Of a stretch of DNA of 12,721 nt, positions 8,258 through 12,721 are shown piece after piece. The stretch is from contig JAYTOU010000095.1 in assembly GCA_043747615.1 (NCBI GenBank), forward strand, positions 1 to 12,721, read 5' to 3'. Position 1 is the stretch's first letter; each line of letters opens with the position of its first letter. Below the pieces are notes generated by a model. It was not told where the DNA came from. It worked only from the letters and a program-made list of their open reading frames with translations, and ran no database searches. This stretch comes from Myxococcales bacterium. GTDB taxonomy: Bacteria > Myxococcota_A > Polyangia > Polyangiales > Polyangiaceae. The position numbers and the translations under genes are program-made.

Positions 8258-8711
8258 TGACCGTGCAAGGCGGGGACGGAACCGTCAGCTGGCGCACGGC
8301 AGGTGGGCACCTGTAGCAGGCACGTGCTGCGTCGTCGGGCACGATCCGGACGGTGACGAAGGCAACTGCGCTCCGCACCCGAGCGGGGCGTCCAACCCAG
8401 CGTGTGGCGCCTACTGGCAAGCGCAGCTGAGTGCCAGAGGCTCGCAAGCAGCGCACGACGAGACAGGATCCTGTCCGCCGTGAGGCTACCGGCACTTCGG
8501 GTGGCCTGGCCGGCTGCGTGGCCATCGCCGTCCCAAGATTCTCGATGCAGTAAAGGGGGAGATCGGAGCCGCTGCAACCAGATTGTCGGAGGGACAGGCG
8601 CACCACAAACGAGTGGCGCGGTCGTCCATTGTCGACTGGAGCGCATCGACAGAGCACTCGCTTTTCTCTGTTTTTTGCGGTTTTTCGCGCGATCGTGCGA
8701 TCAGCGGTGTT

Positions 8712-8727
8712 CGGTACGAATGCTGCT
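8712..8727 (+). promoter_or_regulatory. Putative sigma54 (-24/-12) promoter of the lipoprotein gene
   Basis: CGGTACG-AATG-CTGCT versus consensus TGGCACG-N4-TTGCW, with GG-N10-GC spacing; preceded by phased T-tracts. Confidence 0.5.
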
Positions 8728-8739
8728 CTATATCCGGAC

Positions 8740-9396
8740 ATGCAAATCAAGATTGCCTTGGGCGTGGGTTGTGCGATGGCACTCGGGCTCGCTGCGTGCG
8801 GGACGGCGCCGAACAGTGATGGCTCCTCGAGCGCATCGGCCGACGAGCTCCGGACCGACGTGGATCTGGGCGCCCTCCGTCGCAACACTGCGAAGTACCA
8901 CGACGTCCAAGAGGCCGTGAATGACGGCTTCGTCGACAGCGGCGAGTGTGCGTCGTCGCCGCCGTTTGTACCGCCGTCACAGGCAGGGGCCATGGGCATC
9001 CACTACGTCAACTATCAGCGCGCGTTCGCGCCGGTCGATTCGGCTCGACCCTCGATCCTGTTGTACGAGCCGGCGGCGAGCACGGAGGGCAGCAACGAGC
9101 GCAAGCTCGTCGGCGTCGAGTACGTTCAGTTCGTCTTCTGCGACGGCAAACCGTGGATGGGTTCGGGCATCCCGAACGATCCGTCGAATCCTCCGCCGTT
9201 CGCGTCGGGCACCTGCTTTCCGAATCCGGGCAATCCGCCGACGGTGTTCGGTCAGACCTTTGACGGCCCGATGCCTGGCCACCAGCCGGGCATGCCCTGG
9301 CACTTTGACAAGCACGTGTGGGTCTGGCGCCACAACCCAGACGGCTTGTTCTCGGAGTGGAACCCCCGCGTGAGCTGCACGCCGAAGGCCGACTAA
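8740..9396 (+). CDS. Putative lipoprotein of unknown function, Met/His-motif rich (218 aa)
   Basis: Signal peptide MQIKIALGVGCAMALGLAAC with LAAC lipobox; motifs GAMGIHYVN, PSILLYEP, LVGVEY, GPMPGHQPGMPWH, KHVWVWRHNPDGLFSEWNPRVSC; strong GC3 codon bias. Confidence 0.85.
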   Translation: MQIKIALGVGCAMALGLAACGTAPNSDGSSSASADELRTDVDLGALRRNTAKYHDVQEAVNDGFVDSGECASSPPFVPPSQAGAMGIHYVNYQRAFAPVDSARPSILLYEPAASTEGSNERKLVGVEYVQFVFCDGKPWMGSGIPNDPSNPPPFASGTCFPNPGNPPTVFGQTFDGPMPGHQPGMPWHFDKHVWVWRHNPDGLFSEWNPRVSCTPKAD

Positions 9397-9586
9397 TCCT
9401 CGAGCCGGGGGTCTCTTCGGTTTACGACGGGTTCCTCGCCGAACGCCGCTCTATGCTTCTTCGGCGTGATCTTCGAGACCAGCGGCGGCGGTCGATTCGA
9501 CACTTCTGCTGCGTGCGTGGTGCACCGAGGGCGTGACCCCGACGCAGCTCGCTCTCGCGTGGGCTCGTGGTGCTGAAGACTCGCGC

Positions 9587-10291
9587 TCACTTCTCGTTGA
9601 AGGAGATGAAGCCCCACTGATCCGTTACCCAGCGGAGGCCGTCGATGGCGCTGAGGAGCCCGACCACGACGCCGTCTCTCGACATCACGGGCACATGCTC
9701 GAGTTTCTCGAGGGCCATGAGCGCGAAAGCGTACGCGACGGTCGAGTGATCCGGAAGAGCGTGAACGCGCGTGGTCATGACGTCTCCGACCGTGCCCTTG
9801 CCGAGCTTGTCCATGCCACGGCGAAGCAGATCGGACTTGGAGACGATGCCGACGAGGCCACCATCCGCGTCGACCACGGGAGCGCAATCGATCTCACCGC
9901 GGCGGAAGAGCGCGCTCAGACTCTCGAGCGCAGTCTCTTCGAGGACGCAGACGACGTTCCTGTTCACGAGCTCCCCGAGCGGAAGCCGCGCGGCGCGTTC
10001 CCCCATGTCCATGCGATGCGCGCGGTACGGCACCCAGTGAACCTCGCGGCCGTCGCCGTTCATGCCGAGGTTCGTGGCCTCGGCATTTTTTGCGGCAACG
10101 CTGCAGTCGACGAAGCCGCCGGGCGTCGCCCGAACTTCGACGCAGCTCTCGCATTTCACGCAAGCATCGACAGCAATAGAGGTCGCTTGCTTCGGGCAAA
10201 AAACACTCAGCGCAACGGCGCGGGGAGCCGTTCCCAGCGTCTCACGCGAGTGCACGGGCAGCTTCTGACGTTTCGAATCGCTCGGTTCCAT
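9587..10291 (-). CDS. CBS-domain pair protein with N-terminal Cys cluster (234 aa)
   Basis: Two CBS repeats (APVVDADGGLVGIVSKSDLLR; TVGDVMT...VPVMSRDGVVVGLLSAIDGLR). ATG 10291 has GAGGAG about 10 nt upstream. Confidence 0.9.
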   Translation of the reverse strand: MEPSDSKRQKLPVHSRETLGTAPRAVALSVFCPKQATSIAVDACVKCESCVEVRATPGGFVDCSVAAKNAEATNLGMNGDGREVHWVPYRAHRMDMGERAARLPLGELVNRNVVCVLEETALESLSALFRRGEIDCAPVVDADGGLVGIVSKSDLLRRGMDKLGKGTVGDVMTTRVHALPDHSTVAYAFALMALEKLEHVPVMSRDGVVVGLLSAIDGLRWVTDQWGFISFNEK

Positions 10292-10325
10292 CGTTGGCTG
10301 GCTCCTCAGTTGTGAGCTTCGTGAG

Positions 10326-10341
10326 TGCGAGCGTCGTGCCA
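10326..10341 (-). promoter_or_regulatory. Putative sigma54 promoter of the CBS gene
   Basis: Minus strand reads TGGCACG-ACGC-TCGCA, one mismatch to TGGCACG-N4-TTGCW. The predicted +1 near 10315 leaves room for the GAGGAG RBS. Confidence 0.75.
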
Positions 10342-10526
10342 GCGCTGCATCAGACGCACGCTCTGCGCGACGACGCCGCGCTTGCAGCCTCGCTCCGCGC
10401 TTCGCGAGGTTTCGGTGCATGAACCCAAAGGTATGCGGGTTGCACTTCTTGGTTCCAAATGAAGCCACTCCTCTTTCTCAGCGCAGTCGTCTTTGCGGGA
10501 TGCGCCGCAGCGACCCCCCGACGCAC

Positions 10527-10789
10527 GGCGATCTGCTCGCTTGCTACAAAAAGCCGGTGGCAGTGAATCCCAACGCGCACGGCTTCATCACGGTCGACGT
10601 TCTGATCGAGGCAGACGGAAAAGTCGCGCAGGTGGAAACGACGGGCGGCGCCGTCCTTGGCGAGGGGACGATGGCCTGCATGTCGATCGCAGTAAGCGCG
10701 CAACCTTCGACCCCGTTCACGGCGGAGGAACCCAACACATTCGCGTGCCGTTCAGCCTCCGCCGCATGACGCCTGACGAAACCATGTAG
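10527..10789 (+). pseudogene. Fragment of an AgmX/PglI C-terminal (TonB_C-like) domain protein, 5'-truncated and frameshifted
   Basis: GDLLACYKK..NPNAHGFITVDVLIEADGKVAQVETTGG..LGEGTMAC in one frame continues after a shift near 10681 as VDRSKRATFDPVHGGGTQHIRVPFSLR...stop 10789. Confidence 0.65.
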
Positions 10790-10889
10790 TCTGCAACTAC
10801 GTCGGAGCGGGCCGCGCAATCGCTGCTCGTCGGCGCAAAGGCTGCGCGTCTCGTCGCATCACCGCCTCGCCTGCGTACGGCGGCGCTGG

Positions 10890-10905
10890 CGGTATGCGTC
10901 TTGCT
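10890..10905 (+). promoter_or_regulatory. Putative sigma54 promoter upstream of the ATPase pseudogene
   Basis: CGGTATG-CGTC-TTGCT with GG-N10-GC spacing, ending 23 nt before GTG 10929. Confidence 0.55.
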
Positions 10906-10928
10906 CCAGTGCGGAGTCAAAGGTCAGC

Positions 10929-12624
10929 GTGCTCAACGGTCCGCCACTACACAATTTGAGCTCAGATCTCGGGACTCGTGGGCCCGCGCGTGCGGCCTGC
11001 ACGCACTGCGGGGCGACGCTCGCTCCATCGCAGAAGCAGTTTTGCTGTGCGGTCTGCGAGCAAGTATTCGGACTCCTCTGCGCGTCGAGACTCGCGAAAT
11101 ACTATGAGCTTCGCGGCGAGCGTGGGATTGCCGTTGCCGACACGCACCCCGACCGAGATCTGAAGTGGCTCGTTGCGCTCGAAGACGCTATCGAAAAAGC
11201 AGACGGCGCGACGCGCGTGTCGCTCGACGTTCAGGGACTCCACTGCTCAGCCTGCGTGTGGCTGATCGAAGAGCTCTTTCGCCGAGGACGTCGCGGCCTT
11301 GCCGTTGCGGTCAACCCCGCGCTCGGAAAGCTGGAGCTGGTGGTCGAGCCCGGCTTTGCGCTGCGGTCCTTCGTCGTCGAGGTCGAAGCCTTTGGCTACT
11401 TGCTTGGTCCTTCGAGAAAAGAGGAGCGGCGTCGGTCAAGCGGTCTGCTCTGGCGAATCGGTGTGTGCGCTGCGCTGGCCATGAACTCGATGCTCTTCGC
11501 AATCGCCATTTACTGCGGTCTCAGCCAAGGCACTATTTTCAAGCTTTTTCACGCGCTCACCTTCGCGCTCGGGTGCGCGAGCGTCCTCGTGGGCGGCTCG
11601 GTGTTCATCCGATCGGCGTGGAACTCGGTCGCGCGCCGCGTCCTGCATCTCGACGTGCCAATCGCGCTGGGCATCGTCCTCGCGTTCGCCGGCTCGACGT
11701 ACTCCTTTCTCTTCGGTCAATCCACGAGCTCTTACTTCGACACGATCGACATCTTCATCGCGCTCATGCTCACCGGACGATGGCTCCAGGAGCGTGTCAT
11801 CGAGCGGAACCGGGCACCTTCTCCTCGCTTGCGACGGCGCCATCCGTTGCCGCGCACACGGTGATGGCGGAGCGGCGGGCGTCGACGGGAACGAGATCTC
11901 CAGGCGCGATGAGCAGCAAGTCGCCGCTGCGCACGGTTTTGCACGGGACGATGTCGGCGCGCTCGACCGTGAGTCGGCGCGTGAGGACCCGCGTCTACGT
12001 CGTGGCCGTGATGACCGCGGCGTTCGGTGGCTTCGCGGGATGGCTATTTTTCACGGGTGATCTGGTGCGCGCGCTCGAAGTCACCACCGCCGTGCTCGTC
12101 GTCACGTGCCCGTGCGCGTTCGGGATCGCGACGCCGCTGGCCTACGAGCTGGTGCATGCTGGGCTGCGCCGCGCCGGACTCTTCGTGCGTTCGTCGGGAT
12201 TCTTGGATCGCGCGTCGAGCGTGCGACGCGTGGTGTTCGACAAGACGGGAACGCTCACGACGGGCAACCTGTCGGTGGGCAACGCGGAGGTGCTGGCAAC
12301 GCTCACCCACGAGGAGCGGCAGATCCTTTTCAACCTCGTCGCGCGCAGCACGCATCCGAAGAGCACGGCGCTGAAGAACGCGCTCGACGGAGGCGCTCCT
12401 CCGCGTTTCGACTCTCGTTTCTGAGTCGTCGAGGCTCCCGGTAGAGGGCTCACGACGAGCTGGAAGGGGCGAGAGCACTCGGTCTGTGCGCGCAACGATG
12501 AGACGATCTATGCGGTGGATGGCCGGGTGCGGGCGGCGTTTCGATTCGTCGAAGCCTCGCGTATCGACGCGGGCGACGAGGTTCGACGACTTGCCGTGAG
12601 CGGCTACGAAGTGTGGATTCTGAG
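10929..12624 (+). pseudogene. ccoI: Heavy-metal (Cu) P1B-type ATPase, CcoI/FixI-like, inactivated by several lesions
   Basis: N-terminal CTHCG...FCCAVC..KYYELR, HMA motif GLHCSACVWLIE, TM helices, TCPCAFGIATP, DKTGT, STHPKS, VEAPGRGL, GYEVWILS. Frameshift near 11814, inverted segment 11842-11990, in-frame TGA 12422-12424, IS insertion after 12624. Confidence 0.88.
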
Positions 12625-12648
12625 GAGCCTGTCAGAATTTCTGTGTAA
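12625..12648. repeat. Terminal inverted repeat (one end only) of the IS256-family element
   Basis: GAGCCTGTCAGAATTTCTGTGTAA; the partner repeat is outside the window, so its length is approximate. Confidence 0.7.
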
Positions 12649-12657
12649 CTTGCACTT

Positions 12658-12721
12658 TCATCCGGCGGGAAAACGGTCGGCGAAGAGCATTTGAAAGTGA
12701 CCGAGAGCAGCGCCCCATTCT
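12658..12721 (-). CDS. IS256-family transposase, C-terminal 20 aa (5'-partial)
   Basis: Minus strand reads EWGAALGHFQMLFADRFPAG-stop, matching the W..A...F...F.DR C-terminal pattern of IS256 transposases. Confidence 0.8.
   Translation of the reverse strand, partial: EWGAALGHFQMLFADRFPAG

Larger units (their letters stand above)
12625..12721 (-). mobile_element. IS256-family insertion sequence, right end (partial)
   Basis: Terminal sequence GAGCCTGTCAGAATTTCTGTGTAA resembles IS256-family ends; abrupt junction inside the ATPase ILS(GD) motif; transposase C-terminus lies on the minus strand. Confidence 0.85.

Noticed and set aside
8244..8483. 79-aa Cys-containing ORF (GTCCVV...NCAP...ACGAYW...SCPP) as a RiPP precursor or small protein
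   Set aside because: No RBS, signal or leader, it overlaps the FkbH-like gene end, and no maturation enzymes are nearby. It could be a gene remnant but is unsupported without a search.
8629..8739. Longer N-terminus of the lipoprotein
   Set aside because: It spans the T-tract promoter region. ATG 8740 places the lipobox Cys at residue 20.
9533..10315. 260-aa + ORF
   Set aside because: Antisense to the CBS gene. Only its first codons are noted, as a possible AKR scar.
10292..10468. Longer N-terminus of the CBS protein
   Set aside because: It contains the RBS and sigma54 box belonging to ATG 10291.
11842..11990. Phase-variable invertible switch
   Set aside because: No flanking inverted repeats or recombinase were seen, and re-inversion would not restore the gene because of the deletion, nonsense codon and IS.
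11165..12424. 419-aa ORF as a separate intact ATPase subunit or split gene
   Set aside because: Only the part from 11990 is ATPase sequence. The earlier part is off-frame or inverted, and it ends at a premature stop.
1..12721. CRISPR array, tRNA/rRNA, FNR box or clear intrinsic terminator
   Set aside because: No regularly spaced repeats, cloverleaf, TTGAT-N4-ATCAA site or convincing hairpin plus U-tract was found by eye.

Overview
High-GC bacterial window, probably Myxococcota (inferred from GC content, an AgmX/PglI-like fragment and several sigma54-type promoters). The left 8.3 kb is the start of a secondary-metabolite cluster. A minus-strand NRPS (T-C-A[Ser]-T-C-A..., running off the left edge and therefore missing from the ORF track) starts with a bare carrier domain. 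It is transcribed divergently from a three-gene operon: two translationally coupled SAM methyltransferases, the first with degenerate motifs, and an FkbH-like protein that lacks its HAD phosphatase domain but keeps the acyl-carrying Cys. The right part holds a Met/His-rich lipoprotein, a CBS-pair protein with an N-terminal Cys cluster, a frameshifted AgmX/PglI C-terminal fragment and a heavily damaged CcoI/FixI-type P1B ATPase pseudogene. That pseudogene carries a frameshift, an internal inversion of about 150 bp with a deletion, a nonsense codon and an IS256-family insertion at the right edge. All translations and motif calls were made by hand and no database searches were run.
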